Shown one piece after another: positions 63,760 through 64,000 of a DNA stretch of 64,000 nucleotides (position 1 is the stretch's first letter; each line of letters opens with the position of its first letter). This DNA is from Vicugna vicugna (lineage: Eukaryota). The translations under genes and the position numbers were made by a program. The DNA is taken from contig MU063101.1 in NCBI GenBank assembly GCA_013265495.1, positions 6,066,164-6,130,163 on the forward strand, written 5' to 3'. The notes beneath the pieces were generated by a model. The model saw only the letters and a program-made list of their open reading frames with translations. It did not search any database and had not been told where the DNA came from.

Positions 63760-64000
63760 TTGGAAGCAAGTGAAAATGTGTCCCTGAGGAAGTATTGTAT
63801 TGGGAATCTTTCAAAAGACAAACCTCCTCAAGCTGACTTGAGTTAAAACGGAGAATGTATTGGACCACATACATGTAAAATCCCTCCAAGTTCAGGTATG
63901 GTTGCATGCAGAAGGCCAACTGGTATCCTAGGGTATCCCCATTCCTCCCCTTCATGTTGACTTCATGTCCATATGGTAGCCCTGGGAAATTCCAGGCTGA
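63760..64000 (-). mobile_element. Old MaLR LTR remnant (MLT1J/K-like)
   Basis: caaacctcctcaagctgacttgagttaaaa...gtattggacca...ttcaggtatggttg. Confidence 0.45.

Noticed and set aside
1-64000. tRNA, rRNA, snRNA, NUMT or miRNA hairpin
   Set aside because: No A/B-box cloverleaf, rRNA, mitochondrial text or long stem-loop noticed by eye; Infernal/tRNAscan would be needed to exclude them formally.

Overview
Mammalian, gene-poor nuclear DNA from a draft scaffold with three N gaps. It is most likely camelid, judged from a young L1 3' end at ~37.9-38.2 kb that I recognise as camelid-type and from the lack of any recognisable Alu, B1, Bov-tA/BovB, Can-SINE or PRE1. I could not identify any protein-coding gene, RNA gene or CRISPR array. 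The listed ORFs are short and overlap repeats or look like chance frames; the only exceptions are decayed L1 ORF1/ORF2 remnants. The window is dominated by interspersed repeats: MIR, L2, old L1M, MaLR (MLT1) and ERVL (LTR16-like) LTRs, hAT and Tigger DNA transposons, and four ERV1-type solo LTRs, two with exact 4-bp target-site duplications. The most notable observations are a near-identical ~400-bp tandem duplication (possibly an assembly artefact), a young solo LTR with a duplicated 5' end nested in L1 ORF2, a twin-primed inverted L1, a poly(A)-only insertion, a ~4-kb repeat-poor 3'UTR-like block, and several candidate regulatory motifs. I found no support for a new multi-gene system. Repeat family names come from recalled consensus sequences, not a database search, and old-repeat boundaries are approximate.
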